Part shown: positions 10,108 through 20,112 of the stretch, in pieces | Layout of the letters: every line of letters begins with the position of its first letter | Numbering within the stretch: the stretch's first letter is position 1 | From: a virus | Strand: one strand, 5' to 3' | IMG/VR virus record: IMGVR_UViG_3300047476_002078 | Coordinates: 42,802-106,801 of that record | DNA length: 64,000 nt | Program-made: the position numbers and the translations under genes | The notes under the pieces: generated by a model | Databases searched by the model: none | Told to the model about the DNA's origin: nothing | The model's input: only the letters and a program-made list of their open reading frames with translations

Positions 10108-10460
10108 CCTTTAAGAGATTTTTTTAAAAATTCTAAAAGAAGAAGACAGGCTACTGCCACAATACTACCAATAGCTCCCCAAGCTCCAGACTTTAATTTC
10201 AAAAGAGCTATTTCAGTTGAAAACTTAGGAAGTTCAACTGTGCGTATTTGATCTACTTTATCCGCTAGTTCGTTGTGTTGCTTGTTCGACTGATCTGACA
10301 TGTGTTTTATTTCATTCTGTAGCATTTCAAGCTTTGCTAACAAAACTTCGTGAACTGAAGAATTTTCTCGTAAATCAGCCATAGCTTCTCGTTGGTCAGC
10401 GAGAGCGTACTCAACTTTTTGAAGTCTTTTTTCAAGCTGTTCGATGTTTTGTTCTTCCAT
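10104..10460 (-). CDS. coiled-coil protein with C-terminal membrane anchor
   Basis: Heptad-rich, C-terminal hydrophobic helix. Confidence 0.4.
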   Translation of the reverse strand: MEEQNIEQLEKRLQKVEYALADQREAMADLRENSSVHEVLLAKLEMLQNEIKHMSDQSNKQHNELADKVDQIRTVELPKFSTEIALLKLKSGAWGAIGSIVAVACLLLLEFLKKSLKG

Positions 10461-10556
10461 CTTGACCTACCTTAAAAATGATACATATAGTAAAATTAAT
10501 TACTTCTGTAACAAGTCTAATAAAAAACTTAATAGATAGAATAACTTACGTATTTA

Positions 10557-10802
10557 CTATTGTTCCATGTTGAAAATTTTGCATAATAACGCAAGGTGAA
10601 CAATAACTAAAAGCCTGTTTCCTCTTCGCTCTTTTACTCTTAAAGAACCTAGTTCAGGGTAAGTTGCGTAGTCACTACCAGAACTATAATTCGCAGGAGG
10701 TGGGAGAAGTATAGAAACGATCTCATCTTCATCCCAGTGATCTTTGTTACCGTAAAATACGACGTTATCTTTTATATGTGATTTTAACTCTTCAATAGTC
10801 AT
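10557..10802 (-). CDS. hypothetical protein
   Basis: 81 aa, overlaps next start. Confidence 0.3.
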   Translation of the reverse strand: MTIEELKSHIKDNVVFYGNKDHWDEDEIVSILLPPPANYSSGSDYATYPELGSLRVKERRGNRLLVIVHLALLCKIFNMEQ

Positions 10803-11358
10803 TTTGTTCGCACTTTTTTAACTCTTCTCTGATCTCCATTAAAGCTTCACCTAAAAGATTTTGACCGAAACCAACATTACCTAATTTTCCTGTTCCCCAC
10901 ACTAGATCATACGGGTTATCAGAATAAATTAAGCGATCTTTTGTAGAAAGAAGGAGATTTTTCATTTCTTCTTCTCTGAATTTTACTCTTAGTGCTTTTA
11001 ACATGATACTATATTTTATACTGTCCCAATCTTCTCTAATGTTTATTTTTGAAGCCATCTTTTTTGCATCTTTTGGATTTGGTGCAAATCGGATGGTTTC
11101 TTGTTCAAAAAAATTTTCTGATTTCATTGCTTGAAAATAATGCTCAACTGTTTGCCAATCCCTTCCATCTATTTCTAATGGAGTTAAAGCGTAGTTAGAC
11201 AACATTGAATATTTTTGATTACTAAAAAAGAAAATAGGAATCGTTGGATTATCTGCACTAATATCGTTATCAAAAATTATGTTAGATTTAGCTTCTTTTA
11301 AGTTCCAGTTTGTTATATGGAGGTTACGGTTAGGATTTAATCTAAAAAGTCCACTCAT
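10792..11358 (-). CDS. NADAR (YbiA-like, DUF1768) domain protein
   Basis: FFFSNQ...YSMLSNY...WQTVEHYFQAMK signature. Confidence 0.6.
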   Translation of the reverse strand: MSGLFRLNPNRNLHITNWNLKEAKSNIIFDNDISADNPTIPIFFFSNQKYSMLSNYALTPLEIDGRDWQTVEHYFQAMKSENFFEQETIRFAPNPKDAKKMASKINIREDWDSIKYSIMLKALRVKFREEEMKNLLLSTKDRLIYSDNPYDLVWGTGKLGNVGFGQNLLGEALMEIREELKKCEQNDY

Positions 11359-11425
11359 AAAAACCCTCTCAAGTGAATTTACCTATTAAATATAAAATAA
11401 AAGTTAGTTATCTTCTTATATTTTT

Positions 11426-12025
11426 CTATTCAATAGACTTATCTGAATCCCAAACGACTTTTACGTTTTCTGCTAAATATAAACCTGTAGGACTTATGTA
11501 AGGTCTTCCTAATCCTGCCAAATCTGTAAGATCAATTTTGAGTCTTTTTTCAAAATCAGAAAGATAAATTAACTCTGAACAATACAAGGCAGAAACACCT
11601 ATTTTAAAGGAAGTGTCATACTTAGAGCCTTCAAAAGATTGACATTTTTCTACCATTTTATTTATGTAATCTTCATCAAAATCAACACATTCTAATATAA
11701 CAACTCGGTCGCTTTCTTTGCACATATCAAAGAAAAAAGATTTGGTGTAATCCGAATGGGTCATTTCTGCTATTTCGTAATTGTCTGGATATAAACCTAT
11801 GCAAAATCCTGCATGTGAGAACTCGCCCGGAATTAGAAAAGTTGTGAGCTTATTCTTATCAATGGATAAGATTATATGCCCCTTTTTTAAAAGTTTGTAA
11901 CCTTCGTGATACTTTCGACCTCGTAAAGAAGTGTAATAGGTTGTAAATCTAATGTAAGGAACGAATTTTTTAAGAAGCCATTTATACGGTTTTGTTTCCA
12001 TTAACCAAAAGATAATTTTTTTCAT
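11426..12025 (-). CDS. permuted papain-fold amidase (YaeF/YiiX C92 / LRAT-like)
   Basis: HAGFCIG His then distal YCSELI Cys motif. Confidence 0.45.
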   Translation of the reverse strand: MKKIIFWLMETKPYKWLLKKFVPYIRFTTYYTSLRGRKYHEGYKLLKKGHIILSIDKNKLTTFLIPGEFSHAGFCIGLYPDNYEIAEMTHSDYTKSFFFDMCKESDRVVILECVDFDEDYINKMVEKCQSFEGSKYDTSFKIGVSALYCSELIYLSDFEKRLKIDLTDLAGLGRPYISPTGLYLAENVKVVWDSDKSIE

Positions 12026-12076
12026 TATTTATACCCTCTATAAGGTAGAAATAATGAAACTTTATGACGCATAGCA

Positions 12077-12108
12077 AAAGTGAGAGGGTTTAACCTCTCA
12101 CTTTTTCA
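12077..12108. terminator. hairpin terminator
   Basis: AGTGAGAGG-gtttaa-CCTCTCACT followed by TTTT. Confidence 0.4.
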
Positions 12109-12245
12109 ATTATTTCTTTTACGGCTGAAACAAGATCAGGAATATCCAAAATAAATATCCAGACTCCAAGAATACCGACAGAGTAAAGATAATATGAGGC
12201 AGAAAAACATGATGATAAATCTGATAGTTCTTTTATAAGAGAATA

Positions 12246-12695
12246 TCAGTTCCATTTGTCTCTTCTGTAGTTGCCTCTATCTCCTCGATCACGTCTGTTA
12301 CCTCTGTTTTCGATGTCATATTTCGTGAATCCTGCATCATTTGTGAAAGGGCGTTCCTCACGATTAAAAGACCTTTCTTCACGATTAAAAGACTTTTCTC
12401 TAGGGGCATACGAGGTTCTTTCAGTACGAGGTCTATCCCCTCTAGGTGCTTGAGGTTGAGCTTCTTTTACAACTAGGGTTCTTCCGCTTAGTTCTCCACC
12501 ATTTAATTCCTGAATAGCTTTCTTACCGTCTTCTTCATTTTCCATCTCTACAAAAGCAAAACCTTTAGATTTTCCTGTTTCTCTATCGGTAATCACTCTT
12601 GCATCAACAACTTTTCCAATCTCAGAAAAAGTCATTTTAAGATCATTTGAGGTTACAGTGTAGGGTAGATTAGCTACGTAAATTTTCTTAGACAT
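12246..12695 (-). CDS. RRM-domain RNA-binding protein with RG/REER-repeat tail
   Basis: RNP2 IYVANL, RNP1 KGFAFVEM; C-terminal REERSFN x3 and RG/RD repeats. Confidence 0.7.
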   Translation of the reverse strand: MSKKIYVANLPYTVTSNDLKMTFSEIGKVVDARVITDRETGKSKGFAFVEMENEEDGKKAIQELNGGELSGRTLVVKEAQPQAPRGDRPRTERTSYAPREKSFNREERSFNREERPFTNDAGFTKYDIENRGNRRDRGDRGNYRRDKWN

Positions 12696-12704
12696 AAAGT
12701 CTCC

Positions 12705-13118
12705 TTAATAAAGTCTTGACCACTTAGTTTGTTTAGTTTTGAGATAATTATCAATTAAGTCTTCCATTGATTCTTCTGTATAAAAACCGACAGGGTAAAG
12801 TTTTGCTAAATTGTCACAGTTAAGCTCCTCGTTTTCAAAGTTTGAAATAAAATCAATAAGCAAAATTACAGCCGCACCGGGGTTATGGGCAAAACAATTA
12901 ACTGCCATTAAACCTTGATTGGTTAATTTTATAGGGAGCTTATTAACTTCTACTCTTAGTTGTACGATTTTTGATAAAAATGGCATCTCCTGAATTTCAA
13001 AATCTTTTCCAAGGATACAAAGCTGTAAAAATAATTCAGCTTGGTCTTTGGAAAGTTCCTTATATTTAGGAACAAACCCAAGCTCCGTTGGTAAAGGCAG
13101 TTCATTTTGGTAAAGCAT
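12705..13118 (-). CDS. hypothetical protein
   Basis: 137-aa ORF. Confidence 0.4.
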   Translation of the reverse strand: MLYQNELPLPTELGFVPKYKELSKDQAELFLQLCILGKDFEIQEMPFLSKIVQLRVEVNKLPIKLTNQGLMAVNCFAHNPGAAVILLIDFISNFENEELNCDNLAKLYPVGFYTEESMEDLIDNYLKTKQTKWSRLY

Positions 13119-13302
13119 TTTTATTTTCCTGATTCCATTTATTTTTAGGACAAGACATATTTTGTAAACGTGCTTTGATTGTCATTACACAGCCACAAAT
13201 ACCGCATCGGTTTAGAAATTTTTTGAAGTGTTCGCACTCAGTACATATCGCTAATCTTTGCTCATACTCTTTTTTTAAAACAAAAATCTCTTTAATTTTC
13301 AT
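13102..13302 (-). CDS. small zinc-ribbon protein
   Basis: CTEC ... CGIC ... C motifs. Confidence 0.35.
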   Translation of the reverse strand: MKIKEIFVLKKEYEQRLAICTECEHFKKFLNRCGICGCVMTIKARLQNMSCPKNKWNQENKNALPK

Positions 13303-13532
13303 AGATTTGGTTATTGAGGAAATAATTCTCTGATTTTCATTTATGAAGGGAGTTTACAATAATGTTAATCTGTTTTGTCACAGTTCTTTTGGCTCTTTTA
13401 ATTAGACAAGCGTCAGCCCATTCTAAAGGTAATTTCATAAAATGCAACAAAATTATCTCAAAGGTATAAAATTGATATTTTCAAACTATAACTCTTCAGA
13501 ATTAATAACTTTTTTAAATCCCTTGAAATAAG

Positions 13533-13715
13533 ATGGACGTTAAAAAGTTTAAAAATGGGGATAAGGTTCAAGTAGTCGCAAGCTCTTGTGGTTACAAAGG
13601 CAAAGGTGAAGTTATTGGACCTGCCTATCTAAAGGCTTATCTGGTAAAAATTGAAGCTGAAGGTTTTAATTCAATCATTCTTGTTAAAGAAGATGAGATG
13701 AGAAAATTAAAATAA
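13533..13715 (+). CDS. hypothetical small protein
   Basis: 60 aa. Confidence 0.3.
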   Translation: MDVKKFKNGDKVQVVASSCGYKGKGEVIGPAYLKAYLVKIEAEGFNSIILVKEDEMRKLK

Positions 13716-13720
13716 AAAAA

Positions 13721-13797
13721 TGGAGCGGGCGAAGGGGTTTGAACCCTCGACATCCAGATTGGAAATCTGGCACTCTACCAACTGAGCTACGCCCGCA
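13721..13797 (-). tRNA. tRNA-Gly (anticodon UCC)
   Basis: Reverse complement GCGGGCGTAGCTCAGTTGGTAGAG...GGTTCAAACCC...CGCCCGCTCCA; anticodon loop TTTCCAA. Confidence 0.8.
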
Positions 13798-13818
13798 TGG
13801 TTTTATTATAGAAAAAAT

Positions 13819-14067
13819 TTATTTTGTAGCAACTATTTTTTGAAAAATATGTTCGCAAACATTTTCGCCCCATTCAACGGGCTTACCACATGTTCCACAA
13901 CGACCAACAGCCGCCATTTTATTACCTTCAGCACAATAACTACAATCGCAATCAACAATCCAATATGGTGAACAATTTTCGGTAGTCATCCAATATTCAT
14001 CGCAGTTTTGACAATACCAATCTATTTTTCCCCAATTTTCCATTAAGACTCCTCTTTCATTTACCAT
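13819..14067 (-). CDS. Cys-rich zinc-binding protein
   Basis: Multiple CxxC pairs. Confidence 0.4.
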   Translation of the reverse strand: MVNERGVLMENWGKIDWYCQNCDEYWMTTENCSPYWIVDCDCSYCAEGNKMAAVGRCGTCGKPVEWGENVCEHIFQKIVATK

Positions 14068-14255
14068 TATAGAGGTAAATTATAAACTTTACTTTACGGT
14101 AAAAACTCGATAGCCTTTTTAAATGAAACAAAATTTATGTGTTGTGTTATATTTAATTTTTATTTTTTTAGCGTCAGGATTTATTGCTTTTTATAGTCCA
14201 ATAGAATGTGATGAAGTTTGTATGAAAGAATACATGGAAGAATAGGGAGGTTCCT

Positions 14256-14609
14256 GTGATTGATTACGACCAAAAGGGTAAAGAAGTTTGGGAATTAAAA
14301 GTTGTTACTCTTGATAATGGAAAAAGTTTGCCAACTATCGTGAGTTTTAATGACGGAAAAAATTTTATCGGAGTTGATGATTATAAAGGTTTTAATTACG
14401 TCTTGTTAGAACAAGACAATGATAAGGTTGTTTACAGTTCTTTAATTTTTCCTCATGTAATGAAAATTTTAGCAAAATTACCAGAATTGCCACTAGCTTA
14501 TGAACCTTACGCTGAGTGGTATTATAACGATAGTACGTCGGTGGAAATTACGGCAAAACCTACACCGAAAGACGAAATTAATTCAAAACCTCATAGCGTT
14601 CACGGGTAG
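14256..14609 (+). CDS. hypothetical protein
   Basis: 117 aa, directly upstream of AAA ATPase. Confidence 0.4.
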   Translation: MIDYDQKGKEVWELKVVTLDNGKSLPTIVSFNDGKNFIGVDDYKGFNYVLLEQDNDKVVYSSLIFPHVMKILAKLPELPLAYEPYAEWYYNDSTSVEITAKPTPKDEINSKPHSVHG

Positions 14610-14615
14610 GTCATA

Positions 14616-15575
14616 ATGTCAGATATGGAAGAATTTGCATCTAAAGTGGGAACTTCTAAACCAGAATACAGTGAGAGAGGGAGCTTGGTAGCTGAAGAAC
14701 CTGTACGTTGCCGTGAATCAAAAGAGGGTGCTCCTCAAATTGGTAAACTGACTCAATACGCAAATTTCGCAAGAGGTTTTTTACCTACAACTTCAACAGT
14801 TTCAACATTGCCTGCAAGAGCCTACAAACTCGTCGGTTATCAAGAAGGGGTCGTTCTTGAACCTTTGAATATTGTGACTGATAAACTTATGAGATTTCCT
14901 GACAGTAGATCGGATGAAGTCATTGCAGAAGTTAAAAATTTCTGGAAATTAAAGAGCAAATTTAAACAATTTGGTTTTTCTCATAAAAGAGGATTTTTAA
15001 TATGGGGTCCGCCCGGTTCTGGAAAAACTTGTACTATAGCGATAATTATACAAAATATGCTTCAAGATGAAGGAGTAGTAATTATCGCAGAGTCTCCAAG
15101 GTATCTAGCTGATATTCTACCAAATATAAGATCGGTTGAGCCTGAACGACCTATCATTGTTATTTGGGAAGACTTAGATGCTGTAATAGATCGTTATGGG
15201 GAATCTGAAGTTTTGGCTATTTTAGATGGTGAATCTCAAGTGGAAAATATCGTTTTTATAGCAACGACAAATTATCCTGAAAAACTTGATGGTCGAATTG
15301 TAAATAGACCTAGCCGATTCGATAAAATTGTTAAAATAGGTATGCCAAATGAAGAAGCTAGAAAAATGTATTTAATGGACAAAATAGGAACTACACAAAT
15401 AGATGGTATAGATTTAATCAAATCTACTCATGACTTTTCTATTGCTCATTTAAGAGAATTAATCGTGGGTATAAAGTGTTTGGGTAACTCGCCACAAGAA
15501 GTTATATCAAGGCTTTCTTCAATGAAGAAAAAACCAAAATCAAGTGACACTGGACATACTTTAGGATTGCAATAA
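14616..15575 (+). CDS. AAA+ ATPase (classical clade)
   Basis: Walker A GPPGSGKT, Walker B VIWEDLD, second region of homology ATTNYPEKLDGRIVNRPSRFD. Confidence 0.7.
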   Translation: MSDMEEFASKVGTSKPEYSERGSLVAEEPVRCRESKEGAPQIGKLTQYANFARGFLPTTSTVSTLPARAYKLVGYQEGVVLEPLNIVTDKLMRFPDSRSDEVIAEVKNFWKLKSKFKQFGFSHKRGFLIWGPPGSGKTCTIAIIIQNMLQDEGVVIIAESPRYLADILPNIRSVEPERPIIVIWEDLDAVIDRYGESEVLAILDGESQVENIVFIATTNYPEKLDGRIVNRPSRFDKIVKIGMPNEEARKMYLMDKIGTTQIDGIDLIKSTHDFSIAHLRELIVGIKCLGNSPQEVISRLSSMKKKPKSSDTGHTLGLQ

Positions 15576-15578
15576 TTT

Positions 15579-15616
15579 TATATGGGTCAGAAATCTGACC
15601 CATATAATTTTTTTTC
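15579..15616. terminator. bidirectional rho-independent terminator
   Basis: TATATGGGTCAG-aaat-CTGACCCATATA then T9; between convergent genes. Confidence 0.65.
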
Positions 15617-16054
15617 TAGTTCAGCGATCTTTTTTTCTAAGTGTGACTTTTTCTTTATCTCTTTAGCTTTATCACCAAATGTAGGAGTGTTTACAGGTTT
15701 ACCTGTATTAGGTTTCTCCTTCTCTTTTTTCTTTTTATTCTTGGCAAGCTCCGCTCTTTCATCTTTGGATAGATCATGAGCTTTTTGTCTTGGCATACAT
15801 TTAAGAGGGTCTTTACCGTTATTAGTAATGTCTTTCCAGTCTGGGTCTTTGCTTATTCCACAAGGTCCGACTATATCCCCTGCCTCATAAGTCTTTTTTT
15901 CACCGTCATCTTTTGTAACAGTGTTTTTAACAGGAGTAATAGCTATCCAATCGCCGTAAGGAGCTTTGCCTTTAGCTTTTGATTTACCTTGACCGTGACC
16001 TTTAAACCAAGCATCCAAACCTCCGTGTTCGGAGCCTTTATCTCTATCAGCCAT
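15587..16054 (-). CDS. lysine-rich hypothetical protein
   Basis: 155 aa, K-rich C-terminal tail. Confidence 0.45.
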   Translation of the reverse strand: MADRDKGSEHGGLDAWFKGHGQGKSKAKGKAPYGDWIAITPVKNTVTKDDGEKKTYEAGDIVGPCGISKDPDWKDITNNGKDPLKCMPRQKAHDLSKDERAELAKNKKKKEKEKPNTGKPVNTPTFGDKAKEIKKKSHLEKKIAELEKKLYGSDF

Positions 16055-16056
16055 AT

Positions 16057-16866
16057 TTAATCTGCTTTTTTATAGGTAAGAATAGGTTTTCCGCCTTTAA
16101 CAATTGTGAATCCGCCTTCATCATCAAATTTAATTTCACTTGCTTTTGGAAATTCTAACCAAGAGTCGCCATTAGGAGTTTTGAAAGCAACTGCCTTGGA
16201 CTGAATTTTTGAAACTTCTCTTAATCCTAAATCTTTGTTCAATATGTGGTTAAAACAATTCCACTTAGAACCTATAGTTAAAGATTTCTTGAGGTCTGAT
16301 AGACTTGATTTTTTCTTCCACCCTCCACCAAGCTCTTTATAAGTTTTTGAAGCCCATCCATTTCCGTAGGCACTTGGAAAAATTTCAAAACCTTTACCAT
16401 CGTTAGGTCCATTAATTTCTTTTCCGTTATGTTTAATAGATTTAACTTCGCCTTTAGTAAGTTTCTGTACCTTTTCCCACAATGAAGGGTTTGTAGGCTC
16501 ATTGTCTCCTGCAAATTTCTCATTAGACTTTTTGCTTAAAACATCTGATACACTGAAACCTTTTTCCCACATCTTGCACGACCAATACTTAGCTTTCCAT
16601 TTTGGTCCGGGGTCAACATCGCATTGATGTCTTGATCTAAAGTTTTTTCTAGCATCGTCGTTATCACGACGGATTTCCATATTAGGGTCGCCAAAATTTA
16701 CTTTAACTACATTACCTTTATCGTTTTTAACATAAACACTAAATTTTTTAGGACCATCTGGAGTTCGGAAAGGCTTATTTAAAGTTACTTTTTTACCTTG
16801 ATATTCAGATTCACCTGCTATCTTCATTTCCATTTCAAAAATTTCAAACTCTATATCTTTTTTCAT
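16057..16866 (-). CDS. hypothetical protein
   Basis: 269 aa, W/G/K-rich. Confidence 0.45.
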   Translation of the reverse strand: MKKDIEFEIFEMEMKIAGESEYQGKKVTLNKPFRTPDGPKKFSVYVKNDKGNVVKVNFGDPNMEIRRDNDDARKNFRSRHQCDVDPGPKWKAKYWSCKMWEKGFSVSDVLSKKSNEKFAGDNEPTNPSLWEKVQKLTKGEVKSIKHNGKEINGPNDGKGFEIFPSAYGNGWASKTYKELGGGWKKKSSLSDLKKSLTIGSKWNCFNHILNKDLGLREVSKIQSKAVAFKTPNGDSWLEFPKASEIKFDDEGGFTIVKGGKPILTYKKAD

Positions 16867-16874
16867 TTTATCTC

Positions 16875-18299
16875 CTAACGGGAATTACCCCAACGTAAAA
16901 CTTTGGCAGCACTAATGAAATCTTGTAATGATGATTTGATTAAATTAGTGTCGTATTTTTTCCCTTTAGGGAACTTTATGTGAAATCTAAAACTTACTGC
17001 CCATGCTTTTGGAATATCATGGTGACTATCAGAAGACATTGTAACAATGTTGTCTTTTACTATAACTCTTGGAGTTCGATAAGTATCGGTTCCATCGTAA
17101 TAGTCTTCTTCTTGGTAGGTTAAGCTACCTGTAACAAATCCACCTGCGTTTTTAATTCCCTTAACAGCACTATCTATTCGAGATTTGAGTGAGCTTTCCT
17201 CAGATTTAGAAAAATAAAGTTTTGTTTTCCAAGAATCATCAATTTCTTCATATCCCTCGACAGTAATCAAATTTTCATTTTCTGATTCTTTTACTTTAAT
17301 ATGTTTTCCATCTTCCATTTTACGAAATTCATGCTGATTTTCTTCAGTTTTATTTTTCAGTTTCTTATATCCACCATCAACTAACATTCTTTGTAATTTT
17401 TCTACTTGAAACAAATTGTCTGTTTTTGATTGAAGTGTACTCTTATCTTCAAAAAATAATTCTTTTACATTGTCATGATTGCCTTCTCCTAAGCTGAATT
17501 GATAGTAAGGAAGACCTTCTGTAAAAGTCATAACAATAGATGCAAAAAGAGGTTTTTGTCCTTTAATGTTAATTACTGCCCCTGATTTAACATCAATGCT
17601 GTAGTTCATTGGATTTTGTCTTGCATAGTTTCTGTACTTAACATCAAAATCTAACCCTGAACCTCTTGTTATGTTTTCTTTTACTAATGATTGAAATTTT
17701 TTTACTAAATCAGATAAATCTTTAGGGGGTGTTTTTGATGAATTAAATTTGTCTTTTTGACTTTCAATATCTTTTTCAGCTTTTGTCTTATATTTTTCAG
17801 CTTCAGATTTTAATTTTGCTAGATCAGAATTATTTTCTTTCCCTTGGTTGAAAGCTCTAATTACATTCTGAATTATAAAAACGGCTTGTCGAAGTTTTAC
17901 TAACTTTTGAGATAAATCTTCGGCTCCTGCTTTTTTTGATGCTCTTATTGAAGATGAATACTCAATTGTAGCCACAAGATCATAAACATCATTTTCCTGT
18001 GGTTTTGAGGGACCAAAAGAAGCGTTAATGTAAAGTAAGAATCCTCCCTTATCTCCATGTGGAATTTCTACGTACCATTTTTTTCCATCTGGCATAGGTG
18101 AATGTTCACTATTAGGTATGTGGTAATAATCAGTTTTTTGTATGTTATAGTCTATTCCATTATCAGAAAGGTCTTTTAAAATACTTTGAACAGGCTTCCA
18201 CGTATCATCTCTAAAAAATCCCTTAGTCTTGGGATATATTATAGACTGTAAGTAAGACTTCGCTTTATGCTTTGATAACTCGTTAAACATGACGTTCAC
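16875..18299 (-). CDS. hypothetical protein
   Basis: 474 aa ORF. Confidence 0.45.
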   Translation of the reverse strand: MNVMFNELSKHKAKSYLQSIIYPKTKGFFRDDTWKPVQSILKDLSDNGIDYNIQKTDYYHIPNSEHSPMPDGKKWYVEIPHGDKGGFLLYINASFGPSKPQENDVYDLVATIEYSSSIRASKKAGAEDLSQKLVKLRQAVFIIQNVIRAFNQGKENNSDLAKLKSEAEKYKTKAEKDIESQKDKFNSSKTPPKDLSDLVKKFQSLVKENITRGSGLDFDVKYRNYARQNPMNYSIDVKSGAVINIKGQKPLFASIVMTFTEGLPYYQFSLGEGNHDNVKELFFEDKSTLQSKTDNLFQVEKLQRMLVDGGYKKLKNKTEENQHEFRKMEDGKHIKVKESENENLITVEGYEEIDDSWKTKLYFSKSEESSLKSRIDSAVKGIKNAGGFVTGSLTYQEEDYYDGTDTYRTPRVIVKDNIVTMSSDSHHDIPKAWAVSFRFHIKFPKGKKYDTNLIKSSLQDFISAAKVLRWGNSR

Positions 18300-18339
18300 C
18301 TCTTGAATATAAAACTATTATATTAAGAAATTAGACATC

Positions 18340-18909
18340 TTAATCCCAATCCCAAGGGTCATAAAAAAATTTATCGGAATTGCTCCCAAGTTTATCAAAT
18401 CTTTCATGTTTTATACATTCACGTTCAAACATTCTATGACGCTTTGCAGATTTTTTTCTACTTATCTGGCGAGCCGTACTACGTGATCTTTTATAGTCTC
18501 TTCTTTTATCCTTTTTCCAAGAGCTTTTATTTTTTGTATCCTTTTTTTTGTGATGCTGTTTACGAACAAACTTTTGTTTTTCCCTGAACTTCTTGACAGT
18601 TGCTTTTTTAAAGTAAGTTTTAAAAAAAATATCTTTACCGTTTTTAATTTTCTGGCAAAATTCAAAAAAACTCATTTTAAGGCACATCGAAAATATACCT
18701 TCATCGTACAGGTTTTGCAGTAGTGGTAATTTTAATTCATGCTTATCTGAGTAGATATATTTGAAAGATTTTAAGCAGAAATATTTTTCAGGTGGATAAG
18801 GTTCACCGCATTTTTCAACGTAAAACAAATAACAAAAACGAAGGTAATTGTTTTGCTTTTCTTCAGTCCAAACAGGTTTCCATGCAGGATTAGGATAAAT
18901 TTTTGACAT
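18340..18909 (-). CDS. hypothetical protein with highly basic C-terminal tail
   Basis: K/R-rich 70-aa tail, possible nucleic-acid binding. Confidence 0.45.
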   Translation of the reverse strand: MSKIYPNPAWKPVWTEEKQNNYLRFCYLFYVEKCGEPYPPEKYFCLKSFKYIYSDKHELKLPLLQNLYDEGIFSMCLKMSFFEFCQKIKNGKDIFFKTYFKKATVKKFREKQKFVRKQHHKKKDTKNKSSWKKDKRRDYKRSRSTARQISRKKSAKRHRMFERECIKHERFDKLGSNSDKFFYDPWDWD

Positions 18910-19022
18910 AAAGTCTCCTTAGTGAAAGTTCACTAATGAGCGTCAAATAAAAATTTTCCTAGTTTTGTGTGGTTCATTCTCATACAATATTTAAAATAAT
19001 TAACTGATTACATATAATTTTT

Positions 19023-19559
19023 GTGATGCAAGATTGGAAAGTTTTAATTATTGACCAGTTAGATCAACCTATCAAAATGGTTGATTGGACTACGGCTATC
19101 ATAATGCTACTTCAAAACAAAATTGACGTAGTTTATGAATATCAAAATGTTTTAATTAGAAGTGAGAAAATACAAATAAATTTACCATCTGTTATAAGGT
19201 TAAAGCGTTATTTCCGAAGACCTTCTTCCGCAAAATTTTCCAGATATTCAGTGTACTTTAGAGATAAATGGACTTGTCAGTATTGCGGTGAAAAGAAAAA
19301 ACAGAAAGAGCTTACTTTTGACCATGTGATACCTCGAAGTTTAGGAGGTAAAACTAATTGGGAGAACATTGTTACAGCTTGTTTTAGATGTAACGGTAAA
19401 AAAGCTGATTTATCACTTCAAGAATCTGGTATGAGTCTTTTAAATAAACCTAAAAAGCCTCATTGGACTCCTTGCATTATATTTAAAATAAAAAAACATC
19501 ATCCTGAAGAGTGGAAGTATTACATTCATTGGTACGATCAGATCGAAGAAAATATTTAG
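19023..19559 (+). CDS. HNH endonuclease
   Basis: CQYCG ... DHVIPRSLGG ... WENIVTACFRCNGKK. Confidence 0.65.
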   Translation: MMQDWKVLIIDQLDQPIKMVDWTTAIIMLLQNKIDVVYEYQNVLIRSEKIQINLPSVIRLKRYFRRPSSAKFSRYSVYFRDKWTCQYCGEKKKQKELTFDHVIPRSLGGKTNWENIVTACFRCNGKKADLSLQESGMSLLNKPKKPHWTPCIIFKIKKHHPEEWKYYIHWYDQIEENI

Positions 19560-19896
19560 AAATTGAATCTATAATAAAGCTATGGATTGTAAACATGATT
19601 ACAAAAATGCTTATACCCAAGTTCTTTATGAAGATAATAAAATTATCGAAACTGTAGAATTTTGCCCTAAATGTAAACAAGTTATCAGACATGAAATAAT
19701 CTCAAAAGATCAAAAATCAGATACTTACGACATCAAATGCGAACATTAGTTAATAGTTTTGGTTATAGGAATCTTTAAAGGAGATACAGATGAAATGGAT
19801 ATTCTTATTATCAGTTATCTTGTCTTGTAGCCACGTTGAAGAAAAACCTTGTTCTGAAAACTGTAATCATCACAAACATGTTTATGAGAGGGCTAG

Positions 19897-20112
19897 ATGA
19901 AAACAAAATTAATCTTAGCCTTTCTGTTATTTTTTAGTAGTTGCGGAAAACCGATAGTTGATAAATCCGATGAAGTTCAAAGAGAAGTTTATTCTTCAGA
20001 GTATGATTTAAAAAGAGAGGTTCTCAATTACAATTTTACAAGGTATTCTAACAAAGAAATAACATGCTATACCTTCAATGGTTTTGATTTGGATTGTAAA
20101 TGGAAGTTTTAG
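19897..20112 (+). CDS. putative lipoprotein
   Basis: Signal peptide with lipobox FFSSCG. Confidence 0.35.
   Translation: MKTKLILAFLLFFSSCGKPIVDKSDEVQREVYSSEYDLKREVLNYNFTRYSNKEITCYTFNGFDLDCKWKF

Noticed and set aside
15582-16523. ORFs 15582..15779, 15776..15982 (+) and 16278..16523 (-)
   Set aside because: Shadow ORFs inside the longer minus-strand genes 15587..16054 and 16057..16866.
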